Shown: positions 50,625 through 60,207, counted from the stretch's first letter. The stretch is DNA of 62,212 nucleotides from Patescibacteria group bacterium (GCA_029260955.1 JAJDCF010000007.1:1-62212), one strand, 5' to 3'. Notes: generated by a model from the sequence alone, not told the origin. A program made the numbers and translations.

Positions 50625-50794
50625 AGTTACAAGTACCAGAAGTCCGGCGATTAGACGTTTTATTTTTGCTATTTTTTGTTTTACTTAAGACATTTTTTGC
50701 CATTTTACAGTGTATCAAAATTGGCCTTTATCACCAAAGAGAAATAACCTATAATTTGCCTACCAAAAAAGAGGTTGTAGGCAAGACTACAAGG

Positions 50795-50871
50795 GGGCGG
50801 TTAGCTCAGTTGGCTAGAGCGCGGCATTGACGTTGCTGAGGTCAGAGGTTCGACTCCTCTACCGCCCACCA
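50795..50871 (+). tRNA. tRNA-Val(GAC)
   Basis: GGGCGGTTAGCTCAGTTGGCTAGAGCGCGGCATTGACGTTGCTGAGGTCAGAGGTTCGACTCCTCTACCGCCCACCA. Confidence 0.96.
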
Positions 50872-50940
50872 CCCATCACTGAACTACTGCCTACGAATGA
50901 ACCTCTGGTAAGGCTCTTTCTTCGGCATACGTTCAGTTCT

Positions 50941-51019
50941 GGGTCCCACCCCGTAAAATCCTTCTCGTCCTCACTTTGTTCGTCCTGCGATTGAATTTTG
51001 CGGGGAGCCCGTTTTTTTT
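50941..51019 (+). terminator. Long GC-closed hairpin with T tract after tRNA-Val (terminator/REP-like)
   Basis: GGGTCCCACCCCGTAAAATC ... ATTTTGCGGGGAGCCC-GTTTTTTTT. Confidence 0.55.
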
Positions 51020-51116
51020 GGGCGGTAGTACTTGTCTTTTTATGCGAATCTGGTACAATTTAGCCTGTAGTTGCACTTGGAAATAAAAAGAAAAACAAGC
51101 CATAAATTACATTTTT

Positions 51117-53090
51117 ATGTCTTCAATTTCTCATATCAAAGGCAAGAAAATAGTTAAGGCTAAGCTAAAGCTTAAGAAGCCTCATAGTGAGACTTGTTTA
51201 GAGAAGGTTCAAGGTACTCATACATGTATGGCTGCTTCGCAAGAAATGTACCGGGATTTGGTTGAAATGGCGCATGAGGGGATCACTATGGTTGATCCGG
51301 ATGACAATCTGACTTTTGTTAATAAGCAATTTGCTAAGAGCTTGGGCTATAAGGTGAATGAGCTTGTTGGTCGTACTCTCTTTAGCCTTTCCACAAAAGC
51401 GTCGGCCACAATGATGAAGAAGGAGACAGAGAAGCGGAAAATGGGTAAGAAATCACGTTATGAAGTAGTGATGTTTCATCGAGACGGAAGTAAAAAGTAT
51501 TTTTGGCTTTCTGCTAGTCCCATGTATGGTCCTTCGCGAGAATTTATTGGCTCCATGGGAGTTTATGCAGATTTGACGGAAAAGAGGGTAATGGAGGTTA
51601 AGCTTAAGAGAAAAGTCCGACAAATCGATACTCTTTATAAAGTTTATGAGCACGCAAGAATGGTTAAGCCCTTGGGTGTGGTGCTCAATGGAATTACACA
51701 AGAAGTGTGTCAGGCCCTTCCTTCTGCCAAGCATGTTCAAGCCAAGCTTGTTTTTGATCAGAAGACTTACACATATCCAAAAAAGCTTAAGAGTTTTGTT
51801 AAAAAAATTGAGGTTCCACTAGAGATCGTGGGCATTAAAAGAGGGGTGTTGCAAGTTGGTTATAATAAAGTTTTGCCCAATATAGTTGGCGAGGATTCCT
51901 TGAAAGAGGAGAAAAAGCTGGTTAAGAATGTAGCTAAAATTCTTTGCAAGCATATGTATGCTCGCGGAGTTCTAGATCGTCATAGAGTGATTATTCAAAA
52001 GGCTTTTACCGCCATTATCATTGTTAATGACAAAAAAATTGCCTACGTAAATCCTAAGTTTTATAGGATGTTCAAGTGCAAAGAAGACCAGGCAATTGGT
52101 GAGAAGATTCGGAAGTTCTTGCCGAATTGCACTTCTCAGTGTGGGATGGATAGGAGGGTGCGAGAGTGTATTGGCAAACGTTTAACCGGGGAAAACATTG
52201 ATTTGGCGATGATTACGCAGCGCATTAGCTATCATGGTAAGCCTTCCACTCTAATTCGTGTTAACGATATTTCTGCACTGAAGAAAGCTCAGGCAAGGTT
52301 GAGCGGCTTTAATCAAGAGCTGCAAAAAACAGTGAAAGAAAAGACGCTTCATTTGGAGGAGGCAAATAAGAGACTTCAGTCTATCAATCAGCTTAAGGAT
52401 GAGTTTATTGCCATTACTTCTCACGAACTTCGTTCGCCTCTTACTTCGATACGGGGGTATCTCTCTTTTTTGGTTGAGGAAGAATCCATCGAGCAGATTT
52501 CTGATCCCTATCGGGAATATTTGATTCGAGCCTATAGCACAACCGATTCTCTAAACTATCTGATCAACAATATCCTTGATGTTTCTCGCTTGGATATGGG
52601 CCGTTTTCAACTGCAAAGGCAGGATACTGACATCATTAAGCTCACCTGTAATATTTTGGAAAGTCTTTCTTTTCAAATGAGTGAAAAGCGACTTGAACTT
52701 GAATTTGATAATTGCACTGGCCAGAATCAGCTCATTATCTCTATCGATTCGATTCGTATGTCTCAAGTTTTCAGAAACATTCTTGATAATTCCATTAAGT
52801 TCACTAAAAGGGGCAAAAAAATTAAAGTTTCAATCAAGTATCAAGCTAAAGGCAAGGGTCTTTGTATTTCTGTTGCTGACCAAGGTGTTGGAATACCTAA
52901 GGCTAAATTGGATCAGATTTTTGATAAGTTTATGCAGGTCAAAAACACTCATACGAAGTACAAAGGTGGTGTTGGATTGGGACTTTTTATTGCTAAGAGA
53001 ATTGTTGAATTGCACAAGGGGCAAATTAAAGCCGTTAAGAATATCGATGGAGGAACCACCATATCAATTCATTTGCCTTTAACCGATTAA
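51117..53090 (+). CDS. Cytoplasmic PAS-domain sensor histidine kinase
   Basis: Two PAS-like domains, H-box SHELRSPLTSI, N-box NILDNSIKFT, DQGVGI, GGVGLGL. Confidence 0.93.
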   Translation: MSSISHIKGKKIVKAKLKLKKPHSETCLEKVQGTHTCMAASQEMYRDLVEMAHEGITMVDPDDNLTFVNKQFAKSLGYKVNELVGRTLFSLSTKASATMMKKETEKRKMGKKSRYEVVMFHRDGSKKYFWLSASPMYGPSREFIGSMGVYADLTEKRVMEVKLKRKVRQIDTLYKVYEHARMVKPLGVVLNGITQEVCQALPSAKHVQAKLVFDQKTYTYPKKLKSFVKKIEVPLEIVGIKRGVLQVGYNKVLPNIVGEDSLKEEKKLVKNVAKILCKHMYARGVLDRHRVIIQKAFTAIIIVNDKKIAYVNPKFYRMFKCKEDQAIGEKIRKFLPNCTSQCGMDRRVRECIGKRLTGENIDLAMITQRISYHGKPSTLIRVNDISALKKAQARLSGFNQELQKTVKEKTLHLEEANKRLQSINQLKDEFIAITSHELRSPLTSIRGYLSFLVEEESIEQISDPYREYLIRAYSTTDSLNYLINNILDVSRLDMGRFQLQRQDTDIIKLTCNILESLSFQMSEKRLELEFDNCTGQNQLIISIDSIRMSQVFRNILDNSIKFTKRGKKIKVSIKYQAKGKGLCISVADQGVGIPKAKLDQIFDKFMQVKNTHTKYKGGVGLGLFIAKRIVELHKGQIKAVKNIDGGTTISIHLPLTD

Positions 53091-53101
53091 TACTGTAGCT
53101 C

Positions 53102-53503
53102 ATGGCTAAAACTTCAAAAAATGTTAAGGTGCTGATCGTTGAAGATAACGCGAATATCTGTGAAATGTATGCGGTTACTTTTATGCGTCGAGGTTTTACA
53201 GTTTACACAGCTCCCGATGGTCGGAGCGCTATACAAAAGTACCAGAACAAGAAGCCTGATATCATTTTGCTGGACATCATGATGCCTCATGTTGATGGCT
53301 ATAAGGTGTTAAGCGAAGTGCGAAAGGACGTGAATGAGTACACTCCGGTGATTATGCTTACGAATCTGGATGCTAATGATTTTGCCAGGGAATCGCAGCT
53401 CGAAAATATAGATGCATACCTTATAAAATCACATCACAGTCCCCGAGAGGTGGTTGATAAGACTATTGAGGTGCTTAGAATCAACAATATTGCAGTCGAA
53501 TAG
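53102..53503 (+). CDS. Single-domain response regulator
   Basis: LIVED, PDIILLDIMMP, VIMLTN, YLIK. Confidence 0.93.
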   Translation: MAKTSKNVKVLIVEDNANICEMYAVTFMRRGFTVYTAPDGRSAIQKYQNKKPDIILLDIMMPHVDGYKVLSEVRKDVNEYTPVIMLTNLDANDFARESQLENIDAYLIKSHHSPREVVDKTIEVLRINNIAVE

Positions 53504-53504
53504 C

Positions 53505-53533
53505 TTGAAAAAAGCTCTGTTTTATGCTAAAAT
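53505..53533 (+). promoter_or_regulatory. Sigma70-type promoter
   Basis: TTGAAA-17-TAAAAT with TG extension. Confidence 0.55.
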
Positions 53534-53568
53534 AATAGGAAATAATTTTATTTTAGTAATAATTAATT

Positions 53569-54054
53569 ATGGCTGGACCAGAATCACAACCAGAGGTGTT
53601 AAGCCAAGAAGATGTTAATATTCAAAAAATGGGGGGATTCATGCCTGAAAAGAAGGCTGAGGGAACTTCAGGTGGGGCGGAGGACAAGGAGCAGAATGAG
53701 GCACTTCAAAAGAAGGCGCGAGATATGTTAGGCAAGAAACTAACTGGCGCAGTAAAGCACGTAATGAATGACCCTGAAGTTAAGGATCTAATAGATGAAT
53801 ACAAAAATGAAGGAGCTGTTCGTGAGAAAGATTTGAAAATGGTCTATGCTAAGCTTAAAATGGCTGGGACGGATTTCATAAATGGCCTCTTGAATGATCC
53901 AAATTTTCCCGGTGTAGAACATCTAGTATATAGCGACGGTGAAAGGAGTGGTGCTTATTCAGAGCGGGGGCTATTGAAGTTGGGTAATATTGCTTGTGGG
54001 ATAGATGCCGAAGCGAATGATAGTGGCGGAATTACCATTACAACACCAAAGTAA
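53569..54054 (+). CDS. Hypothetical protein
   Basis: 161-aa ATG ORF behind the promoter. Confidence 0.65.
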   Translation: MAGPESQPEVLSQEDVNIQKMGGFMPEKKAEGTSGGAEDKEQNEALQKKARDMLGKKLTGAVKHVMNDPEVKDLIDEYKNEGAVREKDLKMVYAKLKMAGTDFINGLLNDPNFPGVEHLVYSDGERSGAYSERGLLKLGNIACGIDAEANDSGGITITTPK

Positions 54055-54126
54055 TAGCTTAAGCGATATGAATATTATATTTTGAGCTGTGTTAGTTTGA
54101 TAAGTGATACCTCTGAAAAAATAAAA

Positions 54127-54924
54127 GTGCCAAAACACAAAATTGAATTCACATTACCGTCTGATCTAAAGTTCTCCGCTCTTGTGCGGCGAATTTCTGA
54201 GGAAGTATTTCATCATGTTGGCTTTAACAAAGAATGGGCTGGTCGCCTCAAACTTGTGGTTGATGAACTTTATATGAATGCTGCTCGATATGGCTCCACG
54301 ACGGATGATGACAAGATTTATCTTCTCTTTACCTTTGATGAAAGTGAAATTAGTTTTCGAATTGAAGATGAAGGAAAGGGGGAAAGAAAAACGAACGCAG
54401 AGGATCTAAAAAAATTGATAAACAAAAATACTGGTGAGGTGACTGATGTGACTAAAACAAGCGGTAGAGGCCTTGCTCTGATTTCTAATTTGTGGACCGA
54501 TGGTATGACGATAGAAGATAGTGAGCATGGCGGAATTGCCATTACTTTTACAAAGAAAATTTCTGTTGACGCACCACCACCACCTCCACCAATGAAGGCA
54601 GTTGAACTGGAATCTGCTGTTCCTACAGCTCCACAAGGTGCAAAAGAGGAAATGAAACTTTCGGGTGAAATTGATGCTGCTAATCTTGAGGAGAAGGTGA
54701 AGCCTGTCAGTGAAAAGGTTACAGCTTTGCCGGTCGGAAGCACGCTTGTGTTGGACTGTGCAGACCTCGTTTATATCAATTCAACTGTTATTGGACACAT
54801 GGCTGGCTGGCTCAACGAGCTTCAGGCAAAACAAGGCCATTTGGTACTAAAAAATACGAATGAACAAATTCGAGAAGTGCTCGATTTGGTCGGAATTAGC
54901 AAAGTAGTTTATTTGGAATCCTAA
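54127..54924 (+). CDS. RsbW/SpoIIAB-type Ser kinase fused to STAS (anti-anti-sigma) domain
   Basis: LVVDELYMNAARYG, IEDEGKG, SGRGLALI; PPPPPP linker; LSGEIDA..LDCADLVYINST..VLDLVGI; start likely GTG 54127. Confidence 0.85.
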   Translation: MPKHKIEFTLPSDLKFSALVRRISEEVFHHVGFNKEWAGRLKLVVDELYMNAARYGSTTDDDKIYLLFTFDESEISFRIEDEGKGERKTNAEDLKKLINKNTGEVTDVTKTSGRGLALISNLWTDGMTIEDSEHGGIAITFTKKISVDAPPPPPPMKAVELESAVPTAPQGAKEEMKLSGEIDAANLEEKVKPVSEKVTALPVGSTLVLDCADLVYINSTVIGHMAGWLNELQAKQGHLVLKNTNEQIREVLDLVGISKVVYLES

Positions 54925-54926
54925 GT

Positions 54927-56114
54927 ATGCGATTTATTCGAAAAAGCATCATCGGAAAAGCCATTTTCTTTCTCATTGTACTATTGGGAGGAATTGTAGG
55001 TGGTAGCGTCTACTTGCGCAACAACGGCATGACGGAGCTTCCATCTGATTGGGTTTTGTATGGAATGATTGGAGTCTTGCTTCTAATTTTCATGGTCTTT
55101 GTGTGGGATATTTTTATTCCAATTTCTAAAGTAACTAAGCAGGTTACCAGCTTGCTAACGGGTAAGGAATATAAGCGAATTACTCCAACAACTATTGACG
55201 AAGTCGGTGTATTTACTCACTTTTTCAACGAGATTACTCAGGATCTTGAAAAGATTTCTTACGATGTGAAAGAAAGGCGTCGTATGTCTTCCGAATTGGA
55301 TATTGCATCCAACATTCAGCGCGATGTACTGCCAAAGGAAGCCCCAGAGGCTCCAGGTCTTGATGTAATGGCTAAAACCCGTTCGGCGGCGGAGGTTGGG
55401 GGTGATACTTTCGACTTTTTGACCTCAGCTGATGGTAGCCAGGTTTTTATCTACATCGGTGATGTTACAGGCCATGGTGTGCCATCTGGACTTATTATGA
55501 TGATGGTTGATACAATTGTGGAAGCCATGGTTTATCAGGGTGTTGCGAGTGGGCAGAAGCTTGTTACTCATACCAATTTCCTTCTACACCCACGCATTGC
55601 CTCACGTCTGTTTATGACTTCTGTAATGCTCAGGTGGGACAAGTCAAATCAGCAGATGTATTACACGGGAGCCGGTCATGAGCACATTCTGATTTACCGC
55701 AAAAAAACAGAAGAGGTTGAGTCAATCGCATCGGGCGGAATTGCTTTGGGAATGATTCCTGATGTGAGTAAGATTGCCCAGGAGAAACCGGTTTCTTTAG
55801 AGATAGGTGATTGCCTTGTTTTGTATACCGATGGTATTACCGAGGCAAAAAACCATACTGGTGAAATGTATGAATTAGAAAGGCTGAAAAAGGCCTTGAA
55901 GAAAAATGGCTACAAGCCATCTGTTGACGCTGTTTTTGATGGTCTGACCAAGGATTTCTCAGATTTTGTGGAGGAATATGTTCAAATAGACGACATCACA
56001 ATGATTGTGATCAAGTACATGGGTAAAGATTTTGCTTCTCAAAAAGTGAAACTTACGGTTAGTAAGGCTGATGAAGAGGGTGCTGCGAAGAGCAAAAAGT
56101 GGGACTGGAGCTAA
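54927..56114 (+). CDS. Membrane-anchored HAMP + SpoIIE/RsbU PP2C phosphatase
   Basis: Two TMs, DEVG..FN, EVGGDTFD, IGDVTGHG, YTDGITEA, DDIT. Confidence 0.92.
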   Translation: MRFIRKSIIGKAIFFLIVLLGGIVGGSVYLRNNGMTELPSDWVLYGMIGVLLLIFMVFVWDIFIPISKVTKQVTSLLTGKEYKRITPTTIDEVGVFTHFFNEITQDLEKISYDVKERRRMSSELDIASNIQRDVLPKEAPEAPGLDVMAKTRSAAEVGGDTFDFLTSADGSQVFIYIGDVTGHGVPSGLIMMMVDTIVEAMVYQGVASGQKLVTHTNFLLHPRIASRLFMTSVMLRWDKSNQQMYYTGAGHEHILIYRKKTEEVESIASGGIALGMIPDVSKIAQEKPVSLEIGDCLVLYTDGITEAKNHTGEMYELERLKKALKKNGYKPSVDAVFDGLTKDFSDFVEEYVQIDDITMIVIKYMGKDFASQKVKLTVSKADEEGAAKSKKWDWS

Positions 56115-56130
56115 GGTAGGGCTTTGAACG

Positions 56131-56724
56131 TTAATCAAGGTGCTTAGTGCAGTTGGAGCACACTATTTTGTGATTTTTATCTTCATCAATTTCAAATATA
56201 TTAACGCTGGTATTGTGTTGATTGTCAACATCTTGAATATCTTCATGCTTTTTGTTTGATATTACAGCTATCAGTGCCTTATTAATGCCATTGTGCCCAA
56301 CTAACAATACAGTTTCGTCATGATGCTTTGCGATTGTCTCATGGAGAAATCTTTCTACCCTGCGATATAGCATTTCCATATCTTCACCCTTTTTTGGTTG
56401 AATTTGCGTTACTTTGGAATCTTTTGCATTCCAGCCAAAATCGCTTTTTTTCTTTCCTTGAAATTCTCCTAAATTTCTTTCCCGTAAATCCTCTACGAAT
56501 TTAATTGGGGTTTTTGGGTGTAATTTCGCAATTTCTTTTGCAGTATCAGAAGCTCTGGCCAGATCACTTGAATAAATGAAATCAATTTCTTCATCCTTTA
56601 ATCTTAGGGCTACTTTTTTAGCCTGATCTACTCCGGTTGCAGAAAGTTTTCCTGGCAAATGCCCTTGCAAAATACCAGCTCTATTCTCTTCAGTTTCGCC
56701 GTGTCTTGTTATGATGAGTTTCAT
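56131..56724 (-). CDS. Histidine phosphatase family protein
   Basis: ITRHGET, SSDLARA, LRERNLG, VGHNG. Confidence 0.9.
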   Translation of the reverse strand: MKLIITRHGETEENRAGILQGHLPGKLSATGVDQAKKVALRLKDEEIDFIYSSDLARASDTAKEIAKLHPKTPIKFVEDLRERNLGEFQGKKKSDFGWNAKDSKVTQIQPKKGEDMEMLYRRVERFLHETIAKHHDETVLLVGHNGINKALIAVISNKKHEDIQDVDNQHNTSVNIFEIDEDKNHKIVCSNCTKHLD

Positions 56725-57791
56725 ACATTTGTTATTAACCGATAAACTTCCTCTGCACATTTCTCCCAGGAGTATTTTTCGAGCTGTCTTGAATACGTGC
56801 TTATCAATTCTTTATTTGAATCCGGATTGTCTGCAATTTGCTTCATCAGTTTTGCAAGTGCCTGAGCATCTTCTTTTTCAAAAAATAGGGCGCTTTCACC
56901 AGCAACTTCTTTTGAGCTTGGAATATCTGATGCGATTATTGTTACGTTTGCATCCATGGCTTCCAGTAGCGGAATTCCGAAGCCCTCAAAGCGAGAAGGA
57001 AAGATGAAGCTAAGGGTATTTTTCAGAAGTACAGCTTTTTCTGTTTCGCCAATATAGCCAGTAAAAGTGATTCGATGTTTTAGTTCGGCGGGAATATCTT
57101 TTATTATTTTTTCACCGCCATGCCCTGGGAAGCCAGCTAATACAAGTTGAATATCTTCATTATCCTGGGCAAATTCACCAAAAGCTTTAATTAGCGTGTC
57201 AGTGTTCTTTTTATATTCGATGCGGCCGATGAATAAGAAGTATTTTTTTGGCTTAAGAGAGAATTTCCCCAATATTTCTTCTTCGTCCATGATCTCTGCC
57301 TTGGTAGGTGTGAAGCCAAGAGGAATGACTGAGATTTTATTGGAATCTGCCCCATAAAATTTGATTAGGTCCTGCTTGGTTGCCTCAGAGGGGGTGATGA
57401 TTCTTTTTGCGTTCTTTACGGCAAATTTGGTAGCCCAATCTAGGTAGATCCGTGAAAAAATTCCATAGCTTTCCGGTGAATACTTAAACACCACATCGTG
57501 AATTGTGATAGTGGATTTTTTAGGGTAGATAAGCGGAAGAACGTGTGAAGGCACAAATAGATTATCTATTTTTTTGCTTTTAAAAATCTCCCAACTCAGT
57601 CGAATTAGTGTCCATAGTCTGGGAAACGGTATGACTATTTGCTTTACATCTAATTCGATTTTTCTTGGGCTGATTAGGGTGATATTTTCACCGTGTTGCT
57701 TAACTAGTTCATTGATCAAATAATAAGAGTAGTTTTCGACTCCGGTTTTTCTTCCAGTGTTTGAGTAGCGGGACGCGTCAATGTAAATCAT
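56721..57791 (-). CDS. Glycosyltransferase family 4
   Basis: TGVENY, TIHDV, FIGRIEYKKN, FPSRFEGFGIPLLEAM. Confidence 0.92.
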   Translation of the reverse strand: MIYIDASRYSNTGRKTGVENYSYYLINELVKQHGENITLISPRKIELDVKQIVIPFPRLWTLIRLSWEIFKSKKIDNLFVPSHVLPLIYPKKSTITIHDVVFKYSPESYGIFSRIYLDWATKFAVKNAKRIITPSEATKQDLIKFYGADSNKISVIPLGFTPTKAEIMDEEEILGKFSLKPKKYFLFIGRIEYKKNTDTLIKAFGEFAQDNEDIQLVLAGFPGHGGEKIIKDIPAELKHRITFTGYIGETEKAVLLKNTLSFIFPSRFEGFGIPLLEAMDANVTIIASDIPSSKEVAGESALFFEKEDAQALAKLMKQIADNPDSNKELISTYSRQLEKYSWEKCAEEVYRLITNV

Positions 57792-57865
57792 AAGACTAAT
57801 TAGGTTTGCCATTCTGGCACTCATCATTATAATAGGCTAGTAATAATTTTTTAACTACAAAATAA

Positions 57866-58252
57866 ATGGCTGATGATTATCAATTTGATGACTTAGATTC
57901 TGCTTTAGACGCTAAGGAAGTGAGTGAGACAAAAACTGAAGAGAGTAGTGCTACTACTACTGACCCCGTGTCAGAGCCAGTAGCTGAACCTGCTGCTGAC
58001 CCTGTTGCTAGTACAGCAAGTGCTGGAAGTGGAGGTAATACTGGTGGTGGAAACGGTTATGCTGCTGAATTATTCTCAAAGCAAATCAAGGCTAAATTCC
58101 GTACTTTCTTTATTGATTTGAAAGAGAGCTCCAATGGCAAATTTATCAAAATTAGCGAAAAGAGCCATGGTCGTAAGAGTACGATTATGATGGATGCAGA
58201 AGATGTTCCAGTCTTCATTGAGGCACTTAAAGAAGTAAGTGATCATCTCTAA
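57866..58252 (+). CDS. PUR-alpha-like (DUF3276/PUR) nucleic-acid-binding protein with acidic N-tail
   Basis: ELFSKQIKAKFRTFFIDLKESSNGKFIKISE. Confidence 0.75.
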   Translation: MADDYQFDDLDSALDAKEVSETKTEESSATTTDPVSEPVAEPAADPVASTASAGSGGNTGGGNGYAAELFSKQIKAKFRTFFIDLKESSNGKFIKISEKSHGRKSTIMMDAEDVPVFIEALKEVSDHL

Positions 58253-58264
58253 ATCAGATAATTA

Positions 58265-58297
58265 AAAAAGGCCCCGCGATTAGCAGGGCCTTTTTTT
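58265..58297. terminator. Bidirectional terminator
   Basis: AAAAAGGCCC..GGGCCTTTTTTT between convergent genes. Confidence 0.85.
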
Positions 58298-58307
58298 GTA
58301 TCTTGGT

Positions 58308-59870
58308 CTATTTTGCCATATCCGTGGCCCTTGTTTCTCTTATTACCTGAACTTTGATGGTGCCTGGGTAGGCCAGCTCCGCTTCAATCTTTCTGGCAAT
58401 TTCATGAGAAAGCTTGATGGCAGCCATGTCGTCTACTTTTTCGGGTCGTACGAATACACGTACTTCACGACCAGCCTGAATAGCGTATGCCTTATCTACA
58501 CCGTCAAATGAGGTTGTAAGGTTTTCCAGTTCCCTAAGACGCTTGATGTAGTTTTCTACATTCTCACTTCGAGCTCCTGGTCTGGATGCTGAAATAGCGT
58601 CAGCTGCCATGATTACAAATGCCTCAGCGGTGTTGAGTGAAATTTCCTCATGATGAGCCTCTACTGCGTGAACCACTGCTTCTGGAAGGCCATATTTCCT
58701 AAGGATGTCAGCTCCGATTAGAGCATGACTACCTTCTATTTCGTGATCGACAGCCTTACCAATGTCGTGCAGGAATCCTGCTACCTTGGCCACATGTGGG
58801 TCAGCTCCAATACTGGCTGCCAGATGACCAGCCAAAATACCTACCTCCATACTGTGCTTTATCACATTCTGACCATAACTGGTTCTAAAGCGAAGTCTTC
58901 CAATAATCTTAATCAAATCAGGATGTAGCCCCGTAATACCCATTTCGAAAGCGGCTTTTTCGCCGAATTCTTTCATCATTTGATGTACTTGCTCCTTGGT
59001 TTCTTCGACCACGGTTTCAATTCTAGCTGGGTGAATACGTCCGTCTTCTACTAATTTAGTCAGCGCTCTTTTAGCAACGTAGCGACGCACCAAATCAAAA
59101 CCAGAAATCATAATTGCGTTTGGCGTGTCATCTACAATCACATCAACGCCTGTAAGATGCTCAAAGGCATTAATATTGCGACCTTCTTTACCGATCACAC
59201 GACCCTTAATGTCGTCACTAGGTAGTTCGACAATGGTTTGTGTGGATTCAGAAGTTACATCTGAAGCAAGTTTTTGAATGGCCTGAGCTAATACATTTGT
59301 AGCTTCCTTTTGGGCACCTTCCTTAACTTCCTCATTCATTTTTTTGTAGTGGCTGACCAGCTCATCTTTGTAATCACGTTCCATGTTATTCAGAAGCATT
59401 TGCCTTGCTTCATCTTTGGTGAGCTTGGTGATATTGGCTAGCTTTTCTTCCTGCTGTTTGTAAATCGCTTCCAACTTTTCTTCATCTACTCTTAGATCTT
59501 CCCCTCTTTTTTCATAATTTAGCTTGGTCTTTTCTATCTCTGTTGTCTTCTTTTCCAGAAGATCTTCTTTAGAAATAAGGCGTTCTTCTTGCTTCTCAAG
59601 TTGACGTCTCATGGCTTGCCCTTCCTTCTTCGTCTCTTCGACGATTTCTAGGGCGCGTTTTTTTGCATCAAGGATTTTTTCCCTGAGCTTGCTCTCTGCT
59701 ACGGAAGCTTTTTGCTCAATCTCTACAAGTTTCTTTTGAGCGTGAGATATCTTTTTTTCATTGGCGTCCTCAATCTTTTTCAGATGTTTATTGCCTTCAG
59801 ATTTGAAATAAAGATAAACCCCAGCAACCCCAGCAATCATACCGACTAGTATGTAAATGATGGTGTTCAT
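58308..59870 (-). CDS. rny: Ribonuclease Y
   Basis: N-terminal TM, coiled coil, KH (KGRVIGKEGRNI), HD (LHDIGKA), YAIQAGREVR. Confidence 0.97.
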   Translation of the reverse strand: MNTIIYILVGMIAGVAGVYLYFKSEGNKHLKKIEDANEKKISHAQKKLVEIEQKASVAESKLREKILDAKKRALEIVEETKKEGQAMRRQLEKQEERLISKEDLLEKKTTEIEKTKLNYEKRGEDLRVDEEKLEAIYKQQEEKLANITKLTKDEARQMLLNNMERDYKDELVSHYKKMNEEVKEGAQKEATNVLAQAIQKLASDVTSESTQTIVELPSDDIKGRVIGKEGRNINAFEHLTGVDVIVDDTPNAIMISGFDLVRRYVAKRALTKLVEDGRIHPARIETVVEETKEQVHQMMKEFGEKAAFEMGITGLHPDLIKIIGRLRFRTSYGQNVIKHSMEVGILAGHLAASIGADPHVAKVAGFLHDIGKAVDHEIEGSHALIGADILRKYGLPEAVVHAVEAHHEEISLNTAEAFVIMAADAISASRPGARSENVENYIKRLRELENLTTSFDGVDKAYAIQAGREVRVFVRPEKVDDMAAIKLSHEIARKIEAELAYPGTIKVQVIRETRATDMAK

Positions 59871-60090
59871 AATAAATAATAAGGTTAATGGTTAACCTCA
59901 AAGCTAATAAAAGTTTGATTGAGCAGCTTGTTGTTTCTCCCTGCCTAGGCAAGGTAATGATTTTTTACTTTAACAGTTGAATAAACAATTTTCAGATGGA
60001 GTAGTTGCTCAGATTAACGCTCGTATTTTATCTGATTCATAGCTCTTTTTTTGCTTCTTTAGCCCGAGATTAACAGAAATGTATATCAGT

Positions 60091-60118
60091 ATTATAGAAT
60101 CACCTAATTAATTGTCAA
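60091..60118 (-). promoter_or_regulatory. Consensus promoter toward rny (~215-nt leader)
   Basis: TTGACA-16-TATAAT on minus strand. Confidence 0.7.
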
Positions 60119-60207
60119 ACAATATTTGTTTGGCTATTTTAAGCCATTTAGCTTTTTTAAGCACTAGTTTAACCCCCTCAGTCTTTGTCTTTTTTCTATA
60201 AAACCCC

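Noticed and set aside
50564..50830. 88-aa ORF
   Set aside because: Overlaps tRNA-Val and the giant gene antisense; no protein features
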